Assembly (NCBI GenBank): GCA_024346625.1
Contig: AP024664.1
Coordinates: 1,612,001-1,676,000 of the forward strand
Direction: 5' to 3'
DNA from: Williopsis jadinii
Taxonomy: Eukaryota
Length of the DNA: 64,000 nt
Shown: one piece after another, positions 1 through 11,277 of the stretch
Numbering within the stretch: position 1 is the stretch's first letter
How the letters are laid out: the number at the start of each line of letters is the position of its first letter
Translations under genes and position numbers: made by a program
Notes under the pieces: model-generated
Seen by the model: only the letters and a program-made list of their open reading frames with translations
Told to the model about the DNA's origin: nothing
Database searches by the model: none

Positions 1-926
1 GTTCACCGGATTCGTTGAAGTCCACTTCAAACACCCAGTTCTCATGTGCGTAAGCACCAACACTTGTTGAAGTGGAGTGCGATGGGATCGTCAAGGAACC
101 CACATTCTCACCGTACTTGGTATCGTACAGAGTCACTGTTCCATAAGAGCCGGAATCGGAAGCAATACTCAGTATCTTTCCCAAGGGAGAGAATCTCACG
201 CATCTCACCGATGACGAGGACTGCGACGAGCCCTTCAGGCCAAAGCTGCGGAACGTGTACACCGCTTTCGCAGTGTCCAACTGCGTCAGCACAACATCAC
301 CGTTCTGGTAGCCAGTCGCCAGTATGTTCTGTTCAGAGTTCAAGTCTAAACAAGTTGCGAATGACCCGGACTGTGATTTCACTTCGCCATGGGCCGTGAA
401 GCTTGGTACACCGTCATCGCCAATCTCAAAGTTCCAAATCTTAGTAACACCGCAAGGTGTGGTGGCAGCAAGCTTATGAGCCTTGCCCAAGTGGTCTTTC
501 AGGAACCTGACAGCCCAGTACGTGGACTTGGCCTCCAAGTCCACGTCCAGCCTCTCAATTCCACCCTGTTGAGTCACTCTCAACAACACTATCCTCCCTG
601 AAAAGGTCACCGTGGCTATCAACGACATTCTTTCATTCTGGAACGTATCCTGGAACGAATCAACGTGGTGCAAGCCCGTCTTGTCGATGAACACCGACTC
701 AACGTTATCCCTTGGCGCATCAACCTCTGTGATGGAGTTCTTCCAGAACTTCAGGAACCCATCACCAGAAGCAGTGACGGTGTGCTGCTTCGTCACAGTC
801 ACAGCGTACACATCAGAGCCGTGCGAACGGCCAGCTGTTGCCGTCGAGATGAACTGCTTACTCTATTACACACGTTAGTTCATCAGCGTGCCGCGATCCT
901 TCCTCTGTACAACTGTTACGTACCAT
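1..926 (-). CDS. SKI8: WD40 subunit of the SKI complex, 3' end runs off the window. Exons 924-926 (ATG only) and <1-862; intron 863-923
   Basis: Not in the ORF track. Manual translation: M|SKQFISTATAGRSHGSDVYAV...SFATCLDLN...VRCVRFSPLGKILSIASDSGSYGTVTLYDTKYGENVGSLTIPSHS...AHENWVFEVDFNESGE, resembling Ski8. Intron reads GTACGT...AACTAAC...TAG. Divergent from VAM7 as in S. cerevisiae (YGL213C/YGL212W). Confidence 0.92.
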
Positions 927-1180
927 GTTTGCTAGTCCTGTTGCTCTGGCTGGTGCCTGTCTGTCTGTCGGCCTGTGGACGTAGTAAACCGCTACGAGAT
1001 GCCCGGCTGGTGATTTTTTCTCCTTCCACAGGCGCTGAGACAGCGAGCCTGGAGCTGGTGGTGTGCGCCCTATCAACATCAACATCAACATCAACAAGGA
1101 GGAAGGGCCGCTGGAGTAGGCGGAAGGACACAGGGCGGCACGCAAATACACAGGGCGGTACGCAAGGACACGAGGCTCAG

Positions 1181-2194
1181 ATGGATATCAAGGTGACCAT
1201 CCCACACACGTCCACCAGCGACGACGGCAGCTATACGCAGTTCCACGTTCTCGTGAGAATAGGCGGGTCCAAGAGCTACACGCTGACGAAGCGGTACTCC
1301 GACTTTGCCACGCTGAAGAAGGAGTTGGAGTCGCTGTACTCCGATCAAATGCCCTACAGGTTCCCCAGGAAGACGTTTATAAGGAGTAGCGTCAAGAACG
1401 GTGCGCTTGCCGAGGAGAGAAGGGTTGTGCTGGAGCGGTTTCTGCAAGAATGTATAAACGATAAGATCAACACCAAGTGGAGGAAGTCGTTGCCGTTCAG
1501 AGAGTTTCTGAACCTGGCCCCTGGGACGTTCTCCAACACCAACGAGCAGACCAAAGAACTGGTTAAGGATGCGTGGGCCATGGCCCACAGGCACGACGGG
1601 CCGATAGTGGACGTCACAACATGGCTCGACACCGCCAGGGAGGCCAAGACGATGCTACAGGACGCCCGGTGCAAGGTGTTTGTTGATCCTGGCGAGTGTC
1701 GTAAGAAGCTGATACTGAGCAGAACAACGTTCGACGCGCTGTCCAGGGGGCTGGAGATGGCACAGATGGGCGACGGCGAGAGGAAGAGACGTGTTGACCT
1801 GCTCAACTCACTGAAGAGGGAGCACGGCGACGTCGAGTCTCTGCTTCGAAACGTCCATGACAGCGACGATGTCGGTGTGAAGAGGCCGCCTCCCATGGGC
1901 TCCAAGACAGAGCTGTTCAAAGGAAGACGTGTCATTGGAGAGCCGCAAGAGACAGATCGCACCAGGGCACTGGACAACCACCAACTGCTACAACTACAGA
2001 AACAGGACTTTGTCAGGCAGGACGAAGAGCTACACCAGCTGCACAGTGCCATCCAGAAACAGCGTGAGCTGGGCATTGCCATCAACGACGAGTTGCAACT
2101 GCAAAATGAGCTGCTCGATGAGCTCGACGGCGAGGTGGACCGTGTGGGTAACAAGCTCCACTATGCAAGGAAAAGAGTTGGTAAATTTACATGA
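1181..2194 (+). CDS. VAM7: Vacuolar SNARE with N-terminal PX domain and C-terminal Qc-SNARE coil
   Basis: PX motifs (KRYSDFATLKKEL, FPRK, EERRVVLERFL) and SNARE coil (QDEELHQLHSAIQKQRELGIAINDELQLQNELLDEL). ATG 1181 preferred over the track start at 665, which overlaps SKI8. Confidence 0.88.
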   Translation: MDIKVTIPHTSTSDDGSYTQFHVLVRIGGSKSYTLTKRYSDFATLKKELESLYSDQMPYRFPRKTFIRSSVKNGALAEERRVVLERFLQECINDKINTKWRKSLPFREFLNLAPGTFSNTNEQTKELVKDAWAMAHRHDGPIVDVTTWLDTAREAKTMLQDARCKVFVDPGECRKKLILSRTTFDALSRGLEMAQMGDGERKRRVDLLNSLKREHGDVESLLRNVHDSDDVGVKRPPPMGSKTELFKGRRVIGEPQETDRTRALDNHQLLQLQKQDFVRQDEELHQLHSAIQKQRELGIAINDELQLQNELLDELDGEVDRVGNKLHYARKRVGKFT

Positions 2195-2622
2195 AATACA
2201 GCCAATTGGGACCAAGAGCCTGCCCAGGCAACCCACCTTCCTCTTCCAGAGCACCGGGGATCGGAGCACCAGGGATTGGAACTACAGGGGTTGTTGATCA
2301 AGCTGTAGGAAGGGCGTTCATTGTGTAGTGGGAGGTCTGGTGGGAGCCGTGGTGGGACTCTCCTCCCGCGAGCTCAGCGGGCCCTGCCTGGGAAGACGCG
2401 CTCGCGTGCCGGCTCCAGCGCGCTCGTAGGCGGGAATCCGTTTGTTTACAAAAATTTCTCCCTCCGCGTAGGCGGCGGCTCGTTTGGCAAAATTCTCCTC
2501 CAGCCGGGTTTCCTCTGGGCGGACAGAGAGGGCGCAAAAAAATCAACAATTGCTTCTGTTTTGATCCAAACCGTTGGGCAAGAGAGAGAGCATAGGAATC
2601 GATACAAGGGCAGCGTTTCGGT

Positions 2623-3936
2623 ATGACTGCGGCATCTGAGGCACCAGGCCACTTTGACACGCTGAGCAAGGATGAGGAGGCCAAGCTGAAGGAGATTTGG
2701 ATGCACATGCTGAGATTCTGGGGCACGCCGGTCACGGTGTCTGAACAGCGTCCTGCTGCTCAGTCCCGGTCGTCGACGAAGGCGTCGCTGAACGGGTCGT
2801 TGAGCGAGGATAAGCCGAAGAAGAAGAAGTTTGGGTTTCTGCGTAAGGGCAAGAAGTCACACAGCTCGCATAGTGAAGAACAGGAGCTCGCGTTGACGAC
2901 GACGAGAACGAGGGAATCGATCGAGTCGGGATACACGCACAAGATGATCCATGAGTCGCTGAAAGATTTACAGCCGGATGACATCTACAAGAACTTTTGG
3001 GAGTTTTTAAGAACAGATACGCCGGACAACTTGATGCTGAGATTCCTGAGGGCCAGAAAATGGGATACCGATAAGACAATGGCCATGTTCAGCTCAACGT
3101 TACACTGGAGGGCCAAGGAGAGTAACGTTGACCAGCTGCTGTGGGAGGGTGATCTGAAACCGTTCCAGGAAGACGCCAATTCAGGGTTTATCCTACAGTT
3201 GAAGTTGTCGAAGGCATACTTTAGGGGTGTTGACCGTGAAGGGAGACCAATTGTCGTCATTAGACCTAGATTGCACCACGCAAACGAACAGACTGAGAAA
3301 GACTTGGAAAGATACACCTTACTTGTCATTGAGATCTGCAGATTGGTCTTGCAAGAGCCAGTCGACTCTGCGTCCATTATCTTTGACATGTCAGGGTTCT
3401 CCTTGGCCAATATGGCGTATGCTCCGGTGAAATTCATGGTTGGTGTCTTTGAGGCCCATTACCCTGAATCCCTGGGTAGACTATTCATCCACAAGGCCCC
3501 ATGGGTGTTCCCACCGATTTGGAACATCATCAAGAACTGGTTGGATCCCGTCGTTGCATCCAAGATCCATTTCACCAAGAACTTGAAAGATTTGGAGAAG
3601 CACATCGAGAACAAGTGGATTCCAAAGGACATTGACGGTGGTGATCAATTCCAGCCAACTTGGATCGAACCAAACCCTGAAGATGACAAGCTGATGTTGG
3701 ACACAGAGACAAGGGATAAGATCAAAAAGGAGCGTGAAGAGTTGGTCCAGCAGTTCATCGACGCCACGGTAAGATGGATCGAATCTACAAACGATGAGGA
3801 GAACAACAAGTGGAGAGAAGAGAAGCGCAAATTGGGTAAGGCATTGGCTGCAAATTACATCCGTTTGGACCCATATATCAGATCAAAGAATAACTTTGAT
3901 AGAATGGGGTGCGTCAGCTTGAAGGCACCTCTGTGA
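2623..3936 (+). CDS. CSR1: Sec14-family CRAL-TRIO phosphatidylinositol transfer protein
   Basis: PDNLMLRFLRARKWD, FEAHYPESLGRLFIHKAPWVF, WLDPVVASKIHFT. The order CSR1-CTF3-NAM2 matches YLR380W-381W-382C. Confidence 0.9.
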   Translation: MTAASEAPGHFDTLSKDEEAKLKEIWMHMLRFWGTPVTVSEQRPAAQSRSSTKASLNGSLSEDKPKKKKFGFLRKGKKSHSSHSEEQELALTTTRTRESIESGYTHKMIHESLKDLQPDDIYKNFWEFLRTDTPDNLMLRFLRARKWDTDKTMAMFSSTLHWRAKESNVDQLLWEGDLKPFQEDANSGFILQLKLSKAYFRGVDREGRPIVVIRPRLHHANEQTEKDLERYTLLVIEICRLVLQEPVDSASIIFDMSGFSLANMAYAPVKFMVGVFEAHYPESLGRLFIHKAPWVFPPIWNIIKNWLDPVVASKIHFTKNLKDLEKHIENKWIPKDIDGGDQFQPTWIEPNPEDDKLMLDTETRDKIKKEREELVQQFIDATVRWIESTNDEENNKWREEKRKLGKALAANYIRLDPYIRSKNNFDRMGCVSLKAPL

Positions 3937-4029
3937 TGCCCGTAAACCACCACTTAGATAGCCCTTTTATGGGAGTGAAGCGCACTGTTGAATCGTTTAC
4001 CACTATGTAGATTACATAAGCCAGAATGT

Positions 4030-4060
4030 GGTGTCTGGATGTTTGGGTGTTTGGGTGTTG
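4030..4060. promoter_or_regulatory. 8-bp periodic GGGTGTTT-like array (Rap1-type sites) upstream of CTF3
   Basis: ggtgtctg-gatgtttg-ggtgtttg-ggtgttg. The reverse strand gives ACAYC half-sites every 8 bp, as in the Rap1 consensus ACACCCRYACAY. Confidence 0.5.
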
Positions 4061-4166
4061 AAATGTAAACAAACACGAACTTCTTCCTAAAGGGAGAATG
4101 TTACCATGGCAATCGACGAAGATTAATACCCATACTGAGGTGTTCAAGTGTCCATCGACGGCCAGA

Positions 4167-6219
4167 ATGGAGATATCCCGTGTGATACGACAGTTTCAGG
4201 ACCGTGAGTATGATCCTATGTGCACACACTGGACCTGTATTAACTTTGTCGATAGCGTTGCTCAAGGCTACGGATGTTTTATCAGAAGTGGTCCATCTTC
4301 CCATAAGGGAACAAGGGCTGTCGTCCAATGACTTGGTGATTCTCATTGGAGTGCTCACTGATGCGAGTTCAGCACTGACATCTGGCCAGAGGAGCAGGAT
4401 CATACGGTCGTTTCTGTACTTCAAGGGACAGGTGCCCAAGGAATGTGTTTACATGATCTGTTCCTCGTTAGGTAATTCAATCACCAGCAAGAAGAAGATA
4501 TCGCATGGGGTGCAAAGCGCATTATTGACATGGCTGATAGCCGTGTATGCTTTCATTGAACCTGAAGTGATTGATAGAATATACGGGCTGCTGTTCAATT
4601 ACTTGGAGTACTCGTATATTAGACCGCAAGTTGCGCATCTTCTATTCTTAGCGACAAAGAGACATCACGTCACAGAGGTTAGGATAAACAGGCTGCTGAA
4701 GCTGCACCGGAAGAGCTCGTCAGAGCATATAATAGCACTAGCACTATCATACAGGGAGTATAAATATCAGGATATTCTGGACACCTTCCCGAGGGTGAAG
4801 AGCTCGGTGTTCCGTCACCCTGATGAGTCGTACTTGAACGAGCTCATCAAACTCAGAGGCGGAGATTCCAGTGCTGTGAAACAGGAACTGATGTATATGG
4901 ACCAATTTAGTACGCAGCTGAAACGCAGAAAGCAGCAGTCAGCTTTCAACAGGATCAATTATAGACCATCAACTTCGACAATGTGCTTGCAAAACGTTAC
5001 AAACACAGCAGAATTTGTTCAATGCCTGGACACTTTGGAATTGTCCAAAGATTGGGGTTTAGTCCTAGGAGACTCTTCAAACTTCTCTCTTATCCTTTTA
5101 GCACTGAGACATGACCCACATGAGCTTCAAGGATTGAACAATTGGATTGCTGTGCTACTAAGAGACTTCCTCTTTACTCCACGTTCACAGCAGAGAACTC
5201 TGCTGGAGAACTTACAAAGATATGTGTTATTCACAGGTGAAGTCCCATCAGCAGTCCTAGAGTTCCTGCTAAACAACGAAGATGTTTCATCCTTGATTAA
5301 AGAGCATGGCTCTTTTATATGGAGTTTCTTTGAAACCTTGGGGTCCTCAAACATCAACGATTTGGAATCACTGGTGGATAAATACAACAAATCTTGTTTC
5401 AACTGGGAAATATCATGCATTTGTGAGTACTTAGAGTCATTAGGAAGGTTACTGAGAAGGGCATATGAAATAGGGGACCAAGTTTCAAGGTTTTCGGCAA
5501 TCCTCCACAGTGTTATTAGATCGATCCCTAAGATCTTACAAGTGACACAGTACAGTGGAGTTGTTGGTTTATCGGTAATTGGGTTTATCAGATTTTTCCA
5601 AACGGTGAAGAATAAGGACACTCTCAGAGTGGAGGATATTGTACTGCCTCAGTCCATCATCTACACTTTGTTGTTTATGGATAATCCAGTAATATTCTCA
5701 GAGGTTTGCAGCCACTTGAATTTCTGCAAATCTATACTGAAGGATGCAGAGCCATCAGTTGAAGTGACGGCACTGACAAATCTTCATAACTCCTATGTTG
5801 TGGACATCTGTAATCTAACATGGAGAAACAAGGCTTTCGAGCTTGGGAAGAACTCACAGACGGCATGTGGACTGAGCCTTGCCTTTACCTCGTCGTTTGC
5901 AAATAACTTCCCACTATTCGATAGTCATTCAAACTTTAGATCCTTGTTCAACTTACACCATACACCAGCTTTTGCATCAATCACTGCCCGAATCTTAAGG
6001 CCGATTGAAGACAACGAGCCAGAGTGTGACACTAGGCATGAAGGTCCACTTACAGCAACCTCTGTAGTGGAGTTATTGGAATCTGAGGATTCCAAGTGGT
6101 TAACAACAGATTATGAGAGCTTGAGAGTGGACATACTGAAGGAACTCGGAAAGCTAGGGTATGTTGGACTTGCGGATCTCTTATTCTCCCACCTGAAAAG
6201 TCTAGTGGATAAGCGTTGA
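4167..6219 (+). CDS. CTF3: Kinetochore protein CENP-I/Mis6/Ctf3. Exons 4167-4203 and 4256-6219
   Basis: Mis6-like motifs (YIRPQVAHLLFLAT, NSYVVDICNLTWRNKAF, RHEGPLT). Intron 4204-4255 (GTGAGT...TATTAAC...TAG) joins MEISRVIRQFQD-P-LLKATDV in frame. Synteny with CSR1 and NAM2. Confidence 0.82.
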
Positions 6220-6292
6220 TGCTTTAACATCCTTTACTATATGTCTTATGAGTATGTACAAGTGTATAAGTGAATCTATGAACAAGCCTGCT

Positions 6293-9016
6293 TCAACCAA
6301 CAACGAAGCTGATCGTTCTTGGTTTACAGATGACCTTTTTGATTGTCTTTCCCTCAAGATACTTCTTTGCCTCTGGAGCTTCCAGCAAGGTATTGAGAAT
6401 TGCGTTCTCATCATCAGTGTAGAAGTCTTTCATGTCCTCATGTGTAAATCTCATCTTGCCGTTGATGAAGATGTTGTACACAGTCAAATCGGACTCTTTA
6501 ATAGGCTCCAGAGTTGGCCATGGCTCAGCAAAGATGGATGTCCACTTAATCTTCAACTCTTTCAAGAAGATCTCCCATGCCTCCTCGGCAGTAGCAGGAA
6601 CCACAGGCGAGACAGCAACGATCAGTTTCTGGAATTGCTTCATAACAAGCATGTTGTCAACCTCATTGTTCTCCAAAGCAGCACCAACAGCACGGGTATA
6701 TTTCATGTAGTCAGAGATGACAGTATTCAACGAGAGAGACTCGCTGAAAGACTCTGTGATGGACTTCAGTAAGATCTCAGTTTCGTTATGGAAATTGATC
6801 TCGCTATCGTTGAGAGCCGTAGGAACAGCACTGTCCTCAACAAACCTCTGAGGAACTTGTTCTGCGAGTTGCAAGAGACGGCGTAGCCATCTTTCGATAC
6901 CAACAATCTTGGACTCGTCCCAGACAAGAACGTCACTGATTGGTGCCTGGAATAAGATATGTGCTCTAGTGGCATCAGCACCATGTTTGGCGATGCACTC
7001 AGTTGGATCAGCACCGTTGTACTTGGACTTGGACATCTTCTCATAGGCGACATCTGGCGTGAGACCAGTGGCCTTGATCCTTGGCTTCTGTGGGTCACTC
7101 AGGTCAAGCTCATCAGGTTTCAAGAACCTGCCGTTTGCCGGGTTGATATACGTTTTACCATGAACCATACCTTGCGTCACCAGTCGCTTAAAAGGCTCAC
7201 CCAAGGATTCTGATCCATCCCATAGACCCTTCTTCCACAAGAACTTGGCGATGAATCGGGAGTATAGCAAGTGTAAGATAGCATGTTCGATGCCACCGAT
7301 GTAGATATCAACAGGAAGGGCAGTGGTGGCTTTAGTGTGGTCAAACGGAAGTGCTTCGTTCTTTGGGTCAGTATAACGGAAGTAGTACCAGGACGAATCC
7401 ATAAAGGTGTCCATTGTATCGGTGTCACGCTTAGCAGCACCACCACAGCTTGGACACTCGGTATTGACGAACGATTCCAACGTAGCCAACGGGTTTCCCT
7501 TCCCAACGATCTTTGCATCTTCAGGCAACAGCACCGGAAGGTCCTTGTCAGGAACCGGGACATCACCACATGATGGACAGTGGATGATTGGGATAGGAGC
7601 ACCCCAGTACCTCTGTCTACTGATGAGCCAGTCTCTGATTTTGTACTGGACTTTCGAATCACCGAGACCAAGCTCCTTCAAGGCCTTGACGATGGCCTTC
7701 TTGGCCTCCTTCGTTGGCAGGCCTTCGAACTTCCCAGCATTAGCATTCAGAATGCCTTCAGATGTGAACGGACCATCGTCAGGATCGACCTGTTTCTTAG
7801 GATTACGTGGCGATACGGTCTTCACCACCGGTGCACCTGGCTTGTTCTCACTCCAAAAGGCGAAATCACGTTCATCATGACCTGGACATCCCATAACAGC
7901 TCCACTGCCGTAAGAACCCAGCACGTACGGTGCTACGAACACAGGGACGCTGGCTGATGGGTCCAAGGGGTTCTTCAACGTCAGAGATTTGAGCTCAAAC
8001 CCGGCCTTGGAGTCCTCTGGCAGATCCTTTGCCCTGGCGATGAACTCTTGTAGCTCCGGATCAGACTTAGCAAGCTCCTTCACTATGGAGTTGTCAATGG
8101 CCAGAGCCAGGTACTGGACACTCAGGAGAGTATCAGCTCTCGTGGTGAACACTGTGATCGACAGTGAGCCGTCCGTTGAAGGGAACGTGATCTCTGCACC
8201 GTGAGACTCTCCAATCCAGTGCTTCTGCATCGACTTCACCTTCGCAGGCCACTGCTCCAGCGTGCTCAGATCCTTGTTCAGGTCATGTGCAAACTCAGTG
8301 ATGCCCAAGAACCACTGGTTCAGCATCTTCTTCTCCACAAGGGCACCTGATCTCCAGGAACGGCCCTGAGCATCCACCTGCTCGTTGGCAAGAACAGTCT
8401 GGTCCACCGGGTCCCAGTTGATCTCCGCCTCCTTCCTGTAGGCAAGGCCTTCCTCGTGTAGCATCAGGAAGATCTTCTGGGTCCATTTGTAGTAGTCTGG
8501 TTCACAAGTCGTGACCTCTCTGCTCCAGTCAAAATCAGCCAGCACGCAGTTCATCTGCTGCTTCATCTTCTTGATGTTATCCCTGGTCCAGACGCCAGGG
8601 TTGATGTTACGCTCCACAGCAGCGTTCTCAGCCGGCAAACCGAAGGCATCCCAGCCCATAGGGTGGATGACACTGGTGCCATTGGCCCTGTGGAACCTGG
8701 CAATCACGTCGCTGATGGTGTACACCCTGGCGTGGCCCATGTGCAGCATTCCTGACGGGTAGGGGAACATCGACATGATGAACTTCTTGTCCTTGCACGA
8801 CACGTCCTCCTTGGCCACAGGGTACAGCCCACCATCTGGCGATATTGACCTCCACTTGGCTGTCCATTTGGCATCCAGTTCGTTCAGCTTGAAGTCGTCA
8901 TTGACTGCTCTCAGAAGAGGCGACGTCGCTAGCGTGCGGGCTGTTTTGCCCACGGCGGCTCCACCTCCTGGGGCAAGCGCGCTGTGAGCCTTCGTCTTAG
9001 CGATGTACGCTAGCAT
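6293..9016 (-). CDS. NAM2: Mitochondrial leucyl-tRNA synthetase
   Basis: MFPYPSGMLHMGH (HIGH motif), KMSKS, DWLISRQRYWG, DTMDTFMDSSWY; bacterial-type LeuRS with an N-terminal presequence. Confidence 0.97.
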   Translation of the reverse strand: MLAYIAKTKAHSALAPGGGAAVGKTARTLATSPLLRAVNDDFKLNELDAKWTAKWRSISPDGGLYPVAKEDVSCKDKKFIMSMFPYPSGMLHMGHARVYTISDVIARFHRANGTSVIHPMGWDAFGLPAENAAVERNINPGVWTRDNIKKMKQQMNCVLADFDWSREVTTCEPDYYKWTQKIFLMLHEEGLAYRKEAEINWDPVDQTVLANEQVDAQGRSWRSGALVEKKMLNQWFLGITEFAHDLNKDLSTLEQWPAKVKSMQKHWIGESHGAEITFPSTDGSLSITVFTTRADTLLSVQYLALAIDNSIVKELAKSDPELQEFIARAKDLPEDSKAGFELKSLTLKNPLDPSASVPVFVAPYVLGSYGSGAVMGCPGHDERDFAFWSENKPGAPVVKTVSPRNPKKQVDPDDGPFTSEGILNANAGKFEGLPTKEAKKAIVKALKELGLGDSKVQYKIRDWLISRQRYWGAPIPIIHCPSCGDVPVPDKDLPVLLPEDAKIVGKGNPLATLESFVNTECPSCGGAAKRDTDTMDTFMDSSWYYFRYTDPKNEALPFDHTKATTALPVDIYIGGIEHAILHLLYSRFIAKFLWKKGLWDGSESLGEPFKRLVTQGMVHGKTYINPANGRFLKPDELDLSDPQKPRIKATGLTPDVAYEKMSKSKYNGADPTECIAKHGADATRAHILFQAPISDVLVWDESKIVGIERWLRRLLQLAEQVPQRFVEDSAVPTALNDSEINFHNETEILLKSITESFSESLSLNTVISDYMKYTRAVGAALENNEVDNMLVMKQFQKLIVAVSPVVPATAEEAWEIFLKELKIKWTSIFAEPWPTLEPIKESDLTVYNIFINGKMRFTHEDMKDFYTDDENAILNTLLEAPEAKKYLEGKTIKKVICKPRTISFVVG

Positions 9017-9239
9017 CTGCGTAAGTTGTTGTTGTATCTATGGCCTGTGTTGTTCTCTCGTCATCGACCGGAGGGTCTCCATCGGACAATTTCAAGCCTG
9101 GAGATTCATCGCGTTTTCGGAACGGTCCGAAAATGCGGTGAAACACAGGCTCACGGCTAGGGCAGAGAGGAAGAAGCGATGAGGGCACTGTGGCGCTGCT
9201 TCTGTCACCCAAACATCACGGGCAACGGGACCAGAGGCC

Positions 9240-9950
9240 ATGACAGTAGCAGAGAAGCCGCTATGGGTGCTGGGATACGGGTCGCTGATCTTCAAGCCAC
9301 CTCCACACGCGAAGTACGTGGTGCCCGGCGTGATCCACGGGTACGCTCGTCGCTTCTGGCAGTCCTCGTCGGACCATCGAGGCACACCGGAGAAGAAGGG
9401 CAGGGTCGCCACGCTGATTGCGTACGAGGACATTGTCTCCCACGAGCAGATCAAGCAGGACATTCTGAGCTACGATACGAGTCTAACAGAAGGCTTTGAC
9501 AGACGCGAGCTGAGGGTGTGGGGGTGTGCGTATTACATCCCTGCGGAGCACGCCAGCGAGGTGAGCAAGTATCTCGATGTTAGGGAGCAGGATGGCTACT
9601 CGGTGCACGAGATCCCCTTCCTGCTGCACCACGACGAGGGTGGGCTCGACGACGAGCTGTTACGTGCCATCGAGCAGCTCCCTGTGGACGCCCAGACGGG
9701 CAAGCGTATCCTCACCAGCAGCGTCTACATCGGCACGCTGGACAACGCCAGCTTCGTAGGGCCTGAGCTGCTACGCGACACCGCAGCGGTGATCAGTGAC
9801 ACTAGTGGGCCCAGCGGAGACAACTGGGAGTACCTGGACATGCTGTACCGTTCGCTGGCGGAGCTGGACAAGCACGGCAAGGACGAGTACCTGGAGCAGC
9901 TCGTGGAGGAGGTGCTCAGGCTGAAGGAGCGCAAGTTTGACAGACCGTGA
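9240..9950 (+). CDS. GCG1: ChaC-family glutathione-specific gamma-glutamylcyclotransferase
   Basis: WVLGYGSLIFKP, RRFWQSSSDHRGTP, YLDVREQDGY, GPSGDNWEYL. Confidence 0.95.
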   Translation: MTVAEKPLWVLGYGSLIFKPPPHAKYVVPGVIHGYARRFWQSSSDHRGTPEKKGRVATLIAYEDIVSHEQIKQDILSYDTSLTEGFDRRELRVWGCAYYIPAEHASEVSKYLDVREQDGYSVHEIPFLLHHDEGGLDDELLRAIEQLPVDAQTGKRILTSSVYIGTLDNASFVGPELLRDTAAVISDTSGPSGDNWEYLDMLYRSLAELDKHGKDEYLEQLVEEVLRLKERKFDRP

Positions 9951-10185
9951 TGTTCCTTCCTGATTGGGCATTTGTATCCCGGGGAATCGAAATTCCGACA
10001 ATCTTTGCTTGGGCTCGAGGGGTGCTGATAGCAATTCCGACGCTTCTGGGAGATGGTGGTGTAGGCGAGGCAGTGGGGAATTTGTATATAAAAGGCGTCG
10101 AACAGGGTCCAGTTGCTGTGGCTTGTATGCAGTAGTGTAGGCGTTGCAGTAGTGGGATAGTCATTGCTGGCAGAAGGTGGTTATT

Positions 10186-10297
10186 TAGGCAGAGAGAGCT
10201 AGACAGAGAGAGCTAGACAGAGAGAGCTAGAAGAGAGAGAGCTAGGCAGAGAGAGCTAGGCAGAGAGAGCTAGACAGAGAGAGCTAGACAGAGAGAC
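10186..10297 (+). repeat. 14-bp minisatellite TAG(A/G)CAGAGAGAGC, 7 full copies plus 1 partial, between the TATA box and ATG of the PQ-loop gene
   Basis: Directly visible. TATATAAAA at about 10086, ATG at 10306. Confidence 0.95.
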
Positions 10298-10305
10298 AGA
10301 CAGCA

Positions 10306-11142
10306 ATGATATCTGAAAAGGCCTCCACGGTGCTGGGAACCATAGGCACGGTGTGCTGGTGCATCCAGCTCATCCCTCAGATCTGGTACAACTGGAAGCG
10401 CAAGGACTGCACAGGGTTCCCACCAATGATGATGTTCCTTTGGGCCCTGTGCGGTGTGCCATTCGCCATATACTTCATATCAACACGGGCCAACCTTGCA
10501 GTGCAGGTCCAGCCTGTGCTGTTCTTCTTCTTCTGTACCACTGCCTGGACACAGACGTTGTACTACCCACCTGTCCAGGTACCGAGAAAGAAGATCTTGG
10601 TGTACGTGGGGACGTTCATAGCCGTGTCAGCTGGGTTTGCAGGTGGGTTCATCCCATGGCTGAGACGTTTGTATGACGACGGCACCTCATGGCCCACGCT
10701 CATCTTCGGTATCCTGGCCTCCATACTGCTGGCACTGGGGCTGGTGCCACCGTATTTCGAGCTGGCAAAGCGTAAGGGCCGTGTCGTGGGGATCCACTTC
10801 CTCTTCTTGTTTGTCGATATGTGTGGTGCGTTCTTCTCCATGCTCAGCGTGGTGGTTGGCAACATGGACATTATGGGTATCGTGCTGTACTGCGTATGCG
10901 TCGCCATGGAGGTTGGCATCTTCCTGAGTCAGTTCATATGGCTGTGCCGATTCAGGTGGTTTGGACATGGTGAAGAGGACGAGCCAGAGGATGAGGAGAA
11001 CTCTGTAGAGCTTGGCCCCAGGGCAAAGCAGCTGAACGGTAAGGACGACCATAGTATATCTGCCAATAGCATACCAGAATCCGTGGAGGATGTCAAAGAA
11101 CATGGCTCATCGTCCAAAGATCACGATGAAGTCAAAAGCTAG
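10306..11142 (+). CDS. ILT1: PQ-loop 7-TM membrane protein (YDR090C/Ilt1-like)
   Basis: GTVCWCIQLIPQIWYNWKRKDCTG first PQ loop; LVPPYFELAKRKGRVVGI second loop; hydrophobic segments. Lies near orthologues of YDR086C-089W. Confidence 0.85.
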   Translation: MISEKASTVLGTIGTVCWCIQLIPQIWYNWKRKDCTGFPPMMMFLWALCGVPFAIYFISTRANLAVQVQPVLFFFFCTTAWTQTLYYPPVQVPRKKILVYVGTFIAVSAGFAGGFIPWLRRLYDDGTSWPTLIFGILASILLALGLVPPYFELAKRKGRVVGIHFLFLFVDMCGAFFSMLSVVVGNMDIMGIVLYCVCVAMEVGIFLSQFIWLCRFRWFGHGEEDEPEDEENSVELGPRAKQLNGKDDHSISANSIPESVEDVKEHGSSSKDHDEVKS

Positions 11143-11277
11143 TGCTCTGAACTAGCAACCCTTTCTTGTTTTGTTATGACTGTTCGATCTATCCTAGAGC
11201 CAAGCGTGTATATGTTTTTGAATGCAAGCGAATAATAAATACTAAATAAATATGTGCCATGGTATATACAAGAGGCC

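Noticed and set aside
665..1180. N-terminal extension of the VAM7 ORF in the track
   Set aside because: Non-ATG start, overlaps SKI8 antisense, and the PX domain begins at ATG 1181.
10186..10297. Tandem repeats (here, at 16402 and at 18049) as CRISPR-like arrays
   Set aside because: Eukaryotic context, no unique spacers of CRISPR length and no cas genes; these are minisatellites or motif clusters.
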